A DNA stretch of 64,000 bases from an uncultured Bacillales bacterium (GTDB taxonomy: Bacteria > Bacillota_I > Bacilli_A > RFN20 > CAG-826), in contig CAMKQK010000002.1 in NCBI GenBank assembly GCA_946414915.1, forward strand, positions 9,377 to 73,376, read 5' to 3'. Position numbers and translations under genes: made by a program. Below the pieces are notes generated by a model. It did not search any database. It was not told the DNA's origin and was given only the letters and a program-made list of their open reading frames with translations. This document shows, one piece after another, positions 27,301 to 37,893 of this stretch (position 1 is the stretch's first letter; every line of letters begins with the position of its first letter).

Positions 27301-28476
27301 ATGAAAAAGAGCGCAAAGTATAATAACATTCGTGTATTGTTGGTAGAAGGAAGAGCACGTCAAATCATGCCTTTAATGGAATCATTTCATCGGCTGGGAT
27401 GTCATGTGACAACTTTTAACACAAGCAAGTTAGATATGGGATACGCTTCTCGCTACCCAAATAAAAAGATATTGTCAAAATGTGATATTAATAATCCGGA
27501 TTTGTTTTGGGAATCGCTAAGTCAAGAGCTGAAAACCAAGGATTATGACATTGTAATTCCTATGTTTGACTATTCCGCAGAAATTCTTTCCAAGCACAAA
27601 GAGGAAGTTAAAGAATATGTTACTCTAGCTGTTAATGATTGGAACATTTTCCAACTTGCTAGAGATAAATTTTTGACTATGGATATTTGCATGAAAAATG
27701 GTATTCCTTGTCCAAAAACATACATTTATGATGGCAACATTGAAAAAATAGATGTTGATAGTTTTGACTTCCCAGTTTGCGTTAAACCAAGAATTGGTTC
27801 GTCGGCTATCGGCTTTAGGGTTATCGAAAAAAAAGAAGAATTGCTTGATATTTTGAAGGCGACAATTGAAAAATATGGTCCATCTTTACTTCAAGAGTAT
27901 ATCCCTCAAACGGATTTACAATACAAAGCGGAATTGTTTATTGATAGAAATGGAGAAATAAAAAGCGCATGTGTCTTCGCGAAGCTGCGATGGTATCCAA
28001 TTGATGGCGGATCAAGTACCTTAAATGTAACAGTTGATAGACCAGACATTGTTGAAACATGCACTAGGTTATTAAAAATTATTAAATGGAAGGGCTATGC
28101 GGATGTAGATTTAATTCAGGATCCTCGAGATGGCAAAGCTAAAGTGATGGAGATTAATCCTAGGATTACTGGAAGCGTTAAGATTTGTTATGCTGCCGGC
28201 ATCAATTTTTCTCAGCAAATAATTGAGGACTATTTATGTAAAGAAGTGACTCCACAATTTAACTACAAAATTGGGCAGTATTTAAGATATCTACATACTG
28301 ATATTTTGTGGTTTTTGAAATCAAAAGATCGTTGGAAATGTAAGCCATCATGGTTTAATTTTAGACATTCGGTCGATCAAATATGGAGCGCAAAGGATCC
28401 CCTTCCTTGGTTCGCCTATACTTGGTCAAGTTTATTTAAAATCTCCAAAGACAAAAAGAAAAGAAAAATAAAATAA
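27301..28476 (+). CDS. ATP-grasp domain protein
   Basis: ATP-grasp core (CVKPRIGSSAIGF..., LLQEYIP, VMEINPRITGS). ATG at 27301 preferred over TTG at 27295. Confidence 0.7.
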   Translation: MKKSAKYNNIRVLLVEGRARQIMPLMESFHRLGCHVTTFNTSKLDMGYASRYPNKKILSKCDINNPDLFWESLSQELKTKDYDIVIPMFDYSAEILSKHKEEVKEYVTLAVNDWNIFQLARDKFLTMDICMKNGIPCPKTYIYDGNIEKIDVDSFDFPVCVKPRIGSSAIGFRVIEKKEELLDILKATIEKYGPSLLQEYIPQTDLQYKAELFIDRNGEIKSACVFAKLRWYPIDGGSSTLNVTVDRPDIVETCTRLLKIIKWKGYADVDLIQDPRDGKAKVMEINPRITGSVKICYAAGINFSQQIIEDYLCKEVTPQFNYKIGQYLRYLHTDILWFLKSKDRWKCKPSWFNFRHSVDQIWSAKDPLPWFAYTWSSLFKISKDKKKRKIK

Positions 28477-28488
28477 GGAGAATTTATA

Positions 28489-29661
28489 ATGCGTGATGTT
28501 GTATTCATGGGGTGTCGAGGTTATACAAGAAATTATGGAGGATGGGAAACCTTCTTAAGAAATCTAATTGACAATTGGAAAGAACCAGAAACACATTTTT
28601 ATGTTTTCGAACTAACCCATGATAAAAATGAAAAAAAAGTTGAAGTAGTTAATGGTGTGACCTGCATTCGCATCTTTGTCAAAAAAGCTGGATCGGGCGA
28701 AATGATGTCTATGGATTTAAAAACACTAAGGCAACTTAAAAAAGTATCAGTAACATTTAAATTAAATAATCCAATTCTTTATGTTATGGGCGCAAGAGTA
28801 GGCATTCTTTTTTGGCTCAAAAAAAGAAAGATTAAAAAATGCGGTTACAGAATTGTTTTTAATCCAGCGGGATTAGAATGGAAACGAAAAAAATTTAATT
28901 TACTTATAAGACTCCATAGTTATATTGCTAGAATCTTTTTCAATAAAGCCGCTGATTGGATTGTTTGCGATTCTCAAGGAATATTGGATATTTATAGAGA
29001 CACATTCAAACTTTACAAAAAAAATATGGCTTTTATAGCATACGGGACGTATAAAGCCCAACCGCTTGAGAAAAGAATGCCCAATAAGGTTGAAGAATAT
29101 TTTAAAAAAAACGGTATTGTACCGAACAATTATTATCTTGTCCTGGGTAGATTGGTCGCCGAAAATAATTATGAGTTAATCATAAGCGAATTTATGAAAT
29201 CTGATACAAAGAAGGATTTGGTTGTTATTTGCAACAAAGATAAGGAGAGTAAATACTATAACAAACTCCTTAATATGACAAAATTTGATACTGATAAACG
29301 CATAAAATTTGTTGGAACGATGTATGACAAGGTTATCTTAAACTATTTGAGACAATATGCTCATGCATATATTCACGGACACTCTGTTGGTGGAACAAAC
29401 CCCGGATTGTTAGAAGCGTTATCGACAACGAATGTATGTTTGTTGAACGATGTTGTTTTTAATCGACAAGTTGGTGAAGACTGCGCGTTTTATTTTGGAA
29501 AAGACTATTCACTTAATGCTGTCATGAAGAAAAGCGAAGAATTGTCAGAGAAAGAAAAAATAGAATTAGGTGACAAAGCTAAAGCAAGAATGTCTAGAGA
29601 GTATAGTTGGGAGAAAATTGTTAATCAGTATAGTTTTTTATTTGATGAAATATTATCGTGA
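28489..29661 (+). CDS. Glycosyltransferase family 1 with DUF1972-type N-terminal domain
   Basis: N-terminus GCRGYTRNYGGWETF (DUF1972-like). C-terminal GT1 region HGHSVGGTNPGLLEAL. Confidence 0.7.
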   Translation: MRDVVFMGCRGYTRNYGGWETFLRNLIDNWKEPETHFYVFELTHDKNEKKVEVVNGVTCIRIFVKKAGSGEMMSMDLKTLRQLKKVSVTFKLNNPILYVMGARVGILFWLKKRKIKKCGYRIVFNPAGLEWKRKKFNLLIRLHSYIARIFFNKAADWIVCDSQGILDIYRDTFKLYKKNMAFIAYGTYKAQPLEKRMPNKVEEYFKKNGIVPNNYYLVLGRLVAENNYELIISEFMKSDTKKDLVVICNKDKESKYYNKLLNMTKFDTDKRIKFVGTMYDKVILNYLRQYAHAYIHGHSVGGTNPGLLEALSTTNVCLLNDVVFNRQVGEDCAFYFGKDYSLNAVMKKSEELSEKEKIELGDKAKARMSREYSWEKIVNQYSFLFDEILS

Positions 29662-29673
29662 TTGTTAAACATT

Positions 29674-30810
29674 ATGAGAATAGTAATGATTAGGGGAAAT
29701 AAGGTTGATCCAGATCCTCGCGTAGAAAAAGAAGTAAATTCATTAATCAAAGATGGACGACATTCCGTTGTCATAGTAGCATGGGATAAGACTGCAAAGT
29801 ATGGTGAACGCATTGATACCTTAAGACTAAAGAATGGGGACGTTAAAATAGTCCGATTTGGAATACCTGCTGTTTGGGGCGGAGGAATGAGAAAAAATGC
29901 TATACCAGCTTATTGCTTTCAGAGAAAGGTGTCTAAGTGGTTGAGAAAACATAGAGATGAATATGACTGTATTCATGCGACAAGTTTTAATATTGGAAAA
30001 AAAGCTTTAAAGTATCAAAAACAAGGGAAGAAACTTGTCTATGATGTTTATGATTACTATGCTGATATTCATAAAACAAATAGATTAATTCACAATCTTA
30101 TTAAAAAAGTCGAAGATCGTGTGATAAATTTTGCTGATGCAACTATTATTTGTAGTGAAGCTCGTAAAGAACAAATTCGCGGGACTCATCCTAAACAATT
30201 ATATGTTATCCACAATTCGCCATCGCAGGACGAATTGGCAATTGATGATAGTGTAAAAATTTCCAAATCAAATTGTGTTTTACCTAAGGTTGTCTATGTT
30301 GGAAACCTTATTGAAGATAGATACATTAGATCTCTTTTAGAAATATCATCGAAAACTAATTTGTTTGAACTTCACATCGGGGGATTTGGCGTCTTAGAAA
30401 AAATGGCTAAAGAGTATTCTGAGATGTATGAAAACATTTATTTTTACGGAAAACTTAAATACTCAGATGTGCTTAAATTAGAAAAAGAGTCAGATATTAT
30501 GGTTGCCTTATACGACCCAAGTATTCCAAATCACAAATATGCTGCACCAAATAAATTCTACGAAGCTTTATTCTTAGGAAAACCTATCATAATGTTCAAA
30601 AACACTGGCATGGATACTGTTATCAGTTCAAACGGTATAGGCGAGGTGTGTGATTTTGATAAAGAATCTCTTTTTACTGCAATTAATAATTTAATTTCAA
30701 AAAAACAAAATTGGAACTCAATCAAAGAAAAAGAAAAAGAACTATATGAAAACCTATATAGTTGGGAAATAATGGCCAAAAGGCTATTAGAACTTTACGA
30801 AAAGATATAA
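29674..30810 (+). CDS. Glycosyltransferase (GT4/GT1-like)
   Basis: GT-B-like organisation and the C-terminal NKFYEALFLGKPII motif. ATG at 29674 preferred. Confidence 0.65.
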   Translation: MRIVMIRGNKVDPDPRVEKEVNSLIKDGRHSVVIVAWDKTAKYGERIDTLRLKNGDVKIVRFGIPAVWGGGMRKNAIPAYCFQRKVSKWLRKHRDEYDCIHATSFNIGKKALKYQKQGKKLVYDVYDYYADIHKTNRLIHNLIKKVEDRVINFADATIICSEARKEQIRGTHPKQLYVIHNSPSQDELAIDDSVKISKSNCVLPKVVYVGNLIEDRYIRSLLEISSKTNLFELHIGGFGVLEKMAKEYSEMYENIYFYGKLKYSDVLKLEKESDIMVALYDPSIPNHKYAAPNKFYEALFLGKPIIMFKNTGMDTVISSNGIGEVCDFDKESLFTAINNLISKKQNWNSIKEKEKELYENLYSWEIMAKRLLELYEKI

Positions 30811-30815
30811 ACTAT

Positions 30816-31715
30816 ATGTCCTCAGTTTCTTGCGTTGTTTTAAACTATAATGATTCAAAAACAACCGTCTTGATGGTTAATAGTATTTTGCTCTATAAAA
30901 ACATCAATAACATTATCGTCGTTGATAATCATTCAACGGATGACTCATTAGAGGTGTTGAAGGAAGAACTCTCACATAATAATAGGATTACACTTCTTAT
31001 ATCAAACGAAAACGGTGGATATGGAAGCGGGAATAATATAGGCATTTTATATTCAGTAAATGAATTAAAAAGTGACTACATTGTAATTGCTAATCCAGAT
31101 GTAATATTTACCGATGATTGCATCGGTGCAATGGTAAATGTGTTAGATAACGATGAAACCATAGGTGTGGTTAGTGCGGTTCAAAAAAATTCCAAAGGTT
31201 ATATTGCAAAAAATTTTGCGTGGAATCTTTTAACAAAAAGACAATTTACATTATCGTTCAGTCGCTTGTTTTGGAACAGAGTAAAAAAACACTCTTTATC
31301 AGTCAATGATATTGCTTCCGGCAATGCAGCAACCGTCGATTGCGTTGGTGGTGCGATGTTGATGTTAAGGAAAGAAATTGTTGATAAAGATGGTGTTTAT
31401 GATCCGAACATTTTTTTGTACTGCGAAGAGACAGTTTTAGCCATTAAGGTAAAGCAAAAAGGCTACATAACAAAAGTTCTGTGCAAAGAAAACTATGTGC
31501 ACAATCATTCAGTAACAATTGATAAGTTTTACCACTCAAAAAGCAAACAAAGAAAATTGATGAGAAAAAGTGGATTTTTAGTCTTAAAAAAATACTATAA
31601 TGCTAGCCCTTTTTATTTATTTTTTGTAAGGTTGTTCTTCTTATACTGCAAGATAGAGACTGCGCTAATTGATGCATTTGACTTAGTTTTTAGAAAAAAA
31701 GAGGCGATTAAATGA
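30816..31715 (+). CDS. Glycosyltransferase family 2
   Basis: VVLNYNDSKTT...VVDNHSTDDS...ANPDV (DXD-like). ATG at 30816. Confidence 0.8.
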   Translation: MSSVSCVVLNYNDSKTTVLMVNSILLYKNINNIIVVDNHSTDDSLEVLKEELSHNNRITLLISNENGGYGSGNNIGILYSVNELKSDYIVIANPDVIFTDDCIGAMVNVLDNDETIGVVSAVQKNSKGYIAKNFAWNLLTKRQFTLSFSRLFWNRVKKHSLSVNDIASGNAATVDCVGGAMLMLRKEIVDKDGVYDPNIFLYCEETVLAIKVKQKGYITKVLCKENYVHNHSVTIDKFYHSKSKQRKLMRKSGFLVLKKYYNASPFYLFFVRLFFLYCKIETALIDAFDLVFRKKEAIK

Positions 31716-32797
31716 AAAATAAGAAGCTACTATATATCTTGCACATTGATTGGAACTGGATTTATCAAAGACCACAGATTTTAGCTCATTATCTTGAAAG
31801 CTACTTTGATGTAACCGTTCTTTCTAAAATTCAAGTTCTGTCAAGGAAAAAGATGAGCCCAAACACTATCCAGCCGAGAAAAAAACATCATTATTTCATC
31901 TTGCCTAAGTCAAAAAGCAACAGAATAATGTTTTTTCTTACAAGACTTTTAGAAAAGCTTTCCATGATTAAAGAACGTATCTCAAAAAAGGATGTTGTTT
32001 GGTATTGTCAACCAAATATCATGAATAAATATCTAAGGAAGTGTAAGGGTTTAGTTATTTACGATTGTATGGACGATTATTTCGCGATGGAAAACGATAA
32101 AGAAGTAGCGGAACATATTTTTGAATGTGAAAGAAGAATGTGCGAAAGAGCAAATATTATTTTTGTTTCAAGCCAGTCTTTGGCTAACAAACTTATTGCA
32201 AGAGGCGCAGATTCTAAAAAGATGGTTCTTGTTAGAAACGGGTGCGATAGTTTTATTTTTTCTAAGCCTAAAAAAGCAGTAATTAAAGATAAATATATTA
32301 TTGGATATGTCGGTACAATAGCAGAGTGGATGGATTTCGATTTATTGATAAAAAGTATCGAAATAAATAGTCACGTTCAATATAAATTAATTGGCCCGAA
32401 TCCAAAAGAATTTGCCACATCCAATGCTAGCATCAATTTTGTCGGAAGAGTTGAACACGAAAAAATATATGAAACAATTAAAGATTACGACTGTTTGGTA
32501 ATGCCTTTTGTTGTAAACGAAATTATCAAATCGGTTGATCCTGTCAAGCTATATGAATATATCAGCTATGGAAAATGTATTATTTCGGTTTATTATGATG
32601 AAATCAAGCGCTTTTCTGATTTTGTTTATTTCTATAAAACTCAAGAAGAGTATTTTACATTACTTGATAAGTTATCTAAAACAGGCTTTTTGCCCAAGTA
32701 TAACGAATCACAACAAAGAGATTTTCTAAAAAATAATTCATGGGATGAAAGAGGACAATGTGTTTATCAAGCTATCAAGGAGAAATTATCGAAATGA
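31712..32797 (+). CDS. Glycosyltransferase (GT1-like C-terminal domain)
   Basis: C-terminal motif DPVKLYEYISYGKCIIS typical of the GT-B donor-binding region. ATGA overlap with the upstream gene. Confidence 0.55.
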   Translation: MKNKKLLYILHIDWNWIYQRPQILAHYLESYFDVTVLSKIQVLSRKKMSPNTIQPRKKHHYFILPKSKSNRIMFFLTRLLEKLSMIKERISKKDVVWYCQPNIMNKYLRKCKGLVIYDCMDDYFAMENDKEVAEHIFECERRMCERANIIFVSSQSLANKLIARGADSKKMVLVRNGCDSFIFSKPKKAVIKDKYIIGYVGTIAEWMDFDLLIKSIEINSHVQYKLIGPNPKEFATSNASINFVGRVEHEKIYETIKDYDCLVMPFVVNEIIKSVDPVKLYEYISYGKCIISVYYDEIKRFSDFVYFYKTQEEYFTLLDKLSKTGFLPKYNESQQRDFLKNNSWDERGQCVYQAIKEKLSK

Positions 32798-33999
32798 AAG
32801 TCTTATTAGCAGTACATTATAACCTCAATAATGGTGATAAAGCTGTTTTTGAAGCGACCTTATCACTTCTTAAAAAGAAATACGGAGACGAACTTGAATT
32901 AACTGTTTCTTCATTTGAACCGATCAAAACAGAAACCTCAGATTTTAAGGTTGTTTCTTGGGGCTTTTATGCCACCAATCAATTACAAAGAAGATTGCTG
33001 AAGTTAGCCGCTAAAACAAAATCTTTCTTTGTTTTCAAACACATTTCTAAAATTATTGCTAAAAGAAGCTACTTAAAAGCTGTAAAAGAAGCTGACATAG
33101 TGTATATTTCTGGAGGCCACCATTTAACAGATTTGCTTGGCGATGATGTTTTTTATTCATTGGTTGCAAATATTTTTATGGGGCACTTATATCGTAAGCC
33201 AATGGTATTTTTGCCACAAACAATGGGTGATTTAAAGAATCCAAATAAACTTAAAATTAAATTACTATCTTTTATTATTTCAAATGCAAAATCAGTTGCA
33301 TATAGAGATAACTCGTCTTATGAATTTTTGGAAAAATTAGGCTTATTAAACGAAAATTGTAAGCAAATACCCGATGTGGTATATAGTTTGCCAAAACAGC
33401 AACCATGCAATATCGACAAAAAGAGTATAGGCGTGGCATTATATGGCAATTACTCAGGAACGGATGGAAAAAAGAAAATAGAGTGGTATTCAGACGAATT
33501 AGCTAAAACTATAACGATATTGGCTAAAGAAGGTTATTTATTTCACTTTATTCCTATGGAGGTTAAAGGCACTAATGCTGATGATAGATGGATTGCAAGG
33601 AGAATAATCGAAAGAGTAGATAAAACTCTTAAAAATAATTTATCCATCGTTGAGCCTCAATCTAACTCAATATTTGAGATTATTAGACTGTTTGGTGAAA
33701 ACGAATTTATTTTTGCATATAAAACACATTCTGTTGTCTTTTCTATGATTCAAAATAAACCCCTTGTTGCCATTGCTTACCATAAGAAAGCAATTAATTT
33801 TATGAGTAAAGCATCCCTTGATGATTATGCGATGATGGATAAAGATGCTTCTTGCGAAAAACTTCTTGAAGTATTTAACAATTTAAAAGTTAACTACAAC
33901 GATGTTGTTAACAAAGAAAAACAATATATAGAACAAGCGAAAACAGAGATATATAGTTTTTTGGAGTTTGTAAACAATGATTACAGCAAAAAGATCTAA
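32794..33999 (+). CDS. Polysaccharide pyruvyl transferase-family protein
   Basis: N-terminal NLNNGDKAV motif, ISGGHHL, size about 400 aa. ATGA overlap with the upstream gene. Confidence 0.65.
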   Translation: MKVLLAVHYNLNNGDKAVFEATLSLLKKKYGDELELTVSSFEPIKTETSDFKVVSWGFYATNQLQRRLLKLAAKTKSFFVFKHISKIIAKRSYLKAVKEADIVYISGGHHLTDLLGDDVFYSLVANIFMGHLYRKPMVFLPQTMGDLKNPNKLKIKLLSFIISNAKSVAYRDNSSYEFLEKLGLLNENCKQIPDVVYSLPKQQPCNIDKKSIGVALYGNYSGTDGKKKIEWYSDELAKTITILAKEGYLFHFIPMEVKGTNADDRWIARRIIERVDKTLKNNLSIVEPQSNSIFEIIRLFGENEFIFAYKTHSVVFSMIQNKPLVAIAYHKKAINFMSKASLDDYAMMDKDASCEKLLEVFNNLKVNYNDVVNKEKQYIEQAKTEIYSFLEFVNNDYSKKI

Positions 34000-35173
34000 A
34001 TCAATATTACATTTTACTGGCATCGCAATTTTTCTCTTGCGCCTTATAACGGGAATTGTTGAATATAACATAATCTCCTATCGAGGCATGTATGTAATTA
34101 ATTGCTTGCTACAAGTGTTATTTATTCTTATATCGATAGCTGCGTTATTATTCAAGCCAAAGATTAAAAGGATGCGTTTCTTTGAAATCGCATTATTCTT
34201 TTTTGGGCTAATGGTTTTTATATACTCTATAAACGCTGTTCATACATCTAATATCGAGTATTTCTTCTTTATGATTACTTTGGTTCCTTATTCTATTGCG
34301 ACGTATTTTTTCTTTTCTAGTTTTGATTCAAAAAAAGAATTTACCTCTCTTCATTTAGGCGCCGTTTTTACTTTACTTATCGTATTATTTGTTGTGGCAA
34401 TTATTCGAACAAACAGAGCGTTTGATTATTATGAGATTTATCCAATTATCTGTTTTTCTCCGCTATTATTTTTAAAGCTTAGTGACAGAAACAGATTCAA
34501 GAGCATATTGCTCATTTCTCTACTTGTTATTTTTATTTCAATACTTAGCAACAAAAGAACCGCTGTATTAACGTGTGTAATAGGGCTTATTTTTTTAGTT
34601 TCATCCCATTTATATCTTAAAGCTAACTCAGCAAAAAGATTTTTCGTTATTGTTGCAACAGTAATGATGGTTTTCATTGGTTATTCTTTATTTGTTTCTA
34701 TCAGCAATAAAAGCAATAATGACTTCTTATATTCTTTTTCTTATTCTGAATTTGTTTCTAATTCAAGAATTATAATATGGAATAATGCAGCACAAATGTT
34801 CAACCAATGCGCTCCAATTAATAAATTATTTGGCAATGGCTTTGAAGCTTTTTCAAAAGTGTCAAGTACCAATTTACAGGCGCATAATGACTTTATAGAA
34901 CTGCTGTATGACTATGGAATTGTCGGATTGTCATTATATATTCTCTTCTGCTTGGGCATATTTGTATCATCGTTATCAGATTTAAGCAGAGGAGCAAAAA
35001 ACTCCGATATAAATATAATGTGCATTACATTGCTTTTGATTATTTCAAGCCTATCAATTCTATATTACAACGCCCATAATTTTAGTTTACTGATGGGATA
35101 CTTTGGTATTTATATTTCATCAAAACAAGCAGTTATTACTCCGCGCAAGGCGCTTTTATATGAGCAACGGTAA
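33977..35173 (+). CDS. Wzy-type O-antigen/capsule polymerase
   Basis: About 10 TMs with the Wzy_C-like loop NKRTAVL...AHNDFIELLYDYGIVG. Confidence 0.7.
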   Translation: MITAKRSKSILHFTGIAIFLLRLITGIVEYNIISYRGMYVINCLLQVLFILISIAALLFKPKIKRMRFFEIALFFFGLMVFIYSINAVHTSNIEYFFFMITLVPYSIATYFFFSSFDSKKEFTSLHLGAVFTLLIVLFVVAIIRTNRAFDYYEIYPIICFSPLLFLKLSDRNRFKSILLISLLVIFISILSNKRTAVLTCVIGLIFLVSSHLYLKANSAKRFFVIVATVMMVFIGYSLFVSISNKSNNDFLYSFSYSEFVSNSRIIIWNNAAQMFNQCAPINKLFGNGFEAFSKVSSTNLQAHNDFIELLYDYGIVGLSLYILFCLGIFVSSLSDLSRGAKNSDINIMCITLLLIISSLSILYYNAHNFSLLMGYFGIYISSKQAVITPRKALLYEQR

Positions 35174-36590
35174 GAGATTAAAGAACTTATTTAAGGATAC
35201 AGGCGCTTTTGCCTTAGGGAGTTTGGGATCTAAAATCCTTACATTCCTCCTTGTTCCTTTATATACCAATATTTTAAGCACCGCTGAATATGGCGTCGCT
35301 AGCATTATTTTGACTACTGTCAGCGTGCTTTTCCCAATCTTTACTTTGGCCATTTCAGAAGGAACACTTCGTTTTGCTATGGATAAAAACTATCGACATT
35401 CAGATGTTCTTTCAATATCTTTGGCGTTTAACTTCGGAAGTATAATTCTTCTATTTATTAGTTTTTTCATCATACAACAAGTCGGCACCACAATCATTGA
35501 TTACTGGCTTTATTTCATTCTTTATTATCTTGGTATGGCTCTCCACGATTCATTGTCTCAATATATAAAAGGAATAGGCAAGACCAAATTGTTTGCTTTG
35601 CAAGGCATTATTCATACTTTTTTTATTGTTGCTTTTAATATTTTGTTTTTAATCGTTTTTGATATGAGATTAGAAGGATATCTTTTGGCGACGATACTTG
35701 GTTATTTCTGCACAATATTATTTATTGTAATTGCTGGAGGAGTATATAAAGATTTTTTCCACTTAGGCTTCAATGAGAGATTATTAAAAGAGATGTTATT
35801 TTATAGTATCCCAATGATCCCGACCATCATTGCCTGGTGGGCAAACAGCGCAATTGATAGATATATAATCATTGCGATGGAGGGTTACGAGAGCAATGGT
35901 CTTTATAGTATCGCTGGAAAGATACCGTCAATTCTTTCTATTGTTACAACTCTATTTACTCAAGCATGGCAACTATCATCAATAAAAAGCTTCGAAGATG
36001 ACGACTTTGAAGGGTACTTTAACAATGTCTACTACAGTTATTTTGTTGTTAGCATATTAGCCACCTCCTTACTTATTTTATTCAACAAATATCTCTGCGC
36101 TCTTTTATTTGCTAAAGAGTTTTACAGCGCGTGGGTTTATGTCCCTTTACTTCTTCTAGCCAACGAGTTTTCATCGCTATCAGGCATGCTTGCTAGCGCT
36201 TTTAGAGCATTTAAAAAGACTAAAACACTTTTCATTTCAACCTTAATTGGTGCCATAGTGAATTTACTATCTAATTTAGTATTAATAAAATCTATCGGTA
36301 CAATCGGCGCTGCTTTTGCGACGATGGCAAGTTTCTTTATTGTATGGATTGTTAGAATGATTTTTGTTCAAAAACTATTGCATGTCAGGCTGCCTTTTGC
36401 TAAAACGATTTTATCGTTTGCTAGCATTTTAATAATAGTTTTGGTTTCAACCTTATCTATTGAGGATTCAAATATAATCGCGTGGTCATGTTTCATTTTT
36501 CTTTGTCTTATTAATGTTAAAAAAATTGTTGCGTTATTTTCGAAATCGTTATCTATGTTATCAAAGAGGATGAAGAAGAAAGTTTATTGA
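35160..36590 (+). CDS. Wzx-type polysaccharide flippase (MOP superfamily)
   Basis: About 12-14 TMs and a typical N-terminus NLFKDTGAFALGSLGSKILTFLLVPLYT. ATG at 35160. Confidence 0.8.
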   Translation: MSNGKRLKNLFKDTGAFALGSLGSKILTFLLVPLYTNILSTAEYGVASIILTTVSVLFPIFTLAISEGTLRFAMDKNYRHSDVLSISLAFNFGSIILLFISFFIIQQVGTTIIDYWLYFILYYLGMALHDSLSQYIKGIGKTKLFALQGIIHTFFIVAFNILFLIVFDMRLEGYLLATILGYFCTILFIVIAGGVYKDFFHLGFNERLLKEMLFYSIPMIPTIIAWWANSAIDRYIIIAMEGYESNGLYSIAGKIPSILSIVTTLFTQAWQLSSIKSFEDDDFEGYFNNVYYSYFVVSILATSLLILFNKYLCALLFAKEFYSAWVYVPLLLLANEFSSLSGMLASAFRAFKKTKTLFISTLIGAIVNLLSNLVLIKSIGTIGAAFATMASFFIVWIVRMIFVQKLLHVRLPFAKTILSFASILIIVLVSTLSIEDSNIIAWSCFIFLCLINVKKIVALFSKSLSMLSKRMKKKVY

Positions 36591-36764
36591 TCTGTTTGAT
36601 CTTTTGCAAAAAATGTGTTTTTTGCTTTGCGAATGCTCAGTAAAGCAAATTGTTAAATTTAAGATGCTTAAAATGCGTATGCCGATCGTGTTCTAAACCG
36701 CTTAGAGTGTTTCTATTTCGGCCACAATTGTTTTAGAGTTTTTTTCAGAAAGAAAGGTAAAAAT

Positions 36765-37880
36765 ATGAAGAAAATAATAATCACTGTAGGATGTAGACCA
36801 GATTGCATCAAGATGATGCCTTTGGTTAAAGAATTAAAAAAGAGAAAAGATTTGAACACAATTCTTCTTTCAACTGGTCAACATAGGCAGATGCTTGATC
36901 AAGTTTTTGAAGTTTTTCATGAATGGCCTGACTACGATTTAGAAATTATGAAACCAGGACAATCTTTGTTTGACATTACTTCAAATATTCTTACCAAAAT
37001 TCAAAATGCATTAGTAAAAATTAAACCGGACATTGTTTTAGTTCATGGCGATACTTCGACTGCGTTTGTAACTGCGTTGGCCTGTTATTATATGCAAATC
37101 CCAGTTGGCCACGTTGAAGCTGGCTTGCGTACATACAACATTTACTCGCCGTTCCCGGAGGAATTTAATAGACAGGGTATTGGTTTAATAGCAAAATACA
37201 ACTTCGCTCCGACCAAACTTGCCAAACAGAACCTACTTAACGAAGGAAAGAATAAGGATACGATATTCGTTACTGGAAATACCGTAATTGACGCTATGAA
37301 ACACACAGTTGTGGAAGATTACCATCATCCAGAGTTAGATTGGGTTGGCAATGACAAACTAATTTTCATTACTGCCCATAGAAGAGAAAACCTCGGTGAG
37401 CCTATGCACAACATGTTCAAAGCAATCCGAAGAGTGCTGGATGAACATCCTGATTGTAAGGCTGTTTATCCAATACATATGAATCCATTGGTTAGACAAG
37501 CCGCTGATGAAGAGCTTGGAGATTGTGATAGAATTCACATTATTGAACCAATCGAAGTTTTTGACTGTCACAATTTTGAGTCAAGATCATATCTTATCCT
37601 CACAGATAGTGGAGGTATTCAAGAGGAAGCCCCTGCTTATGGTGTACCTGTTTTAGTTATGAGAGATACCACAGAAAGACCTGAGGGTGTCGAAGCAGGC
37701 ACTTTAAAACTGGTTGGTACCGATGAACAGGTCATTTACGATGAGTTTTCTAAACTATTAACTGACAAAGATGAATACGCTAAAATGGCTAAAGCTGTTA
37801 ACCCTTATGGTGATGGCAATGCATGTAAACGTATTGCTGACATATTAGAAGACAAACCATATCAAGAATGGAAAAATTAA
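36765..37880 (+). CDS. wecB: UDP-N-acetylglucosamine 2-epimerase (non-hydrolysing)
   Basis: VHGDTST, HVEAGLRT, TDSGGIQEEAP, NPYGDGNA motifs. Confidence 0.9.
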   Translation: MKKIIITVGCRPDCIKMMPLVKELKKRKDLNTILLSTGQHRQMLDQVFEVFHEWPDYDLEIMKPGQSLFDITSNILTKIQNALVKIKPDIVLVHGDTSTAFVTALACYYMQIPVGHVEAGLRTYNIYSPFPEEFNRQGIGLIAKYNFAPTKLAKQNLLNEGKNKDTIFVTGNTVIDAMKHTVVEDYHHPELDWVGNDKLIFITAHRRENLGEPMHNMFKAIRRVLDEHPDCKAVYPIHMNPLVRQAADEELGDCDRIHIIEPIEVFDCHNFESRSYLILTDSGGIQEEAPAYGVPVLVMRDTTERPEGVEAGTLKLVGTDEQVIYDEFSKLLTDKDEYAKMAKAVNPYGDGNACKRIADILEDKPYQEWKN

Positions 37881-37893
37881 GGAGATATTTATT

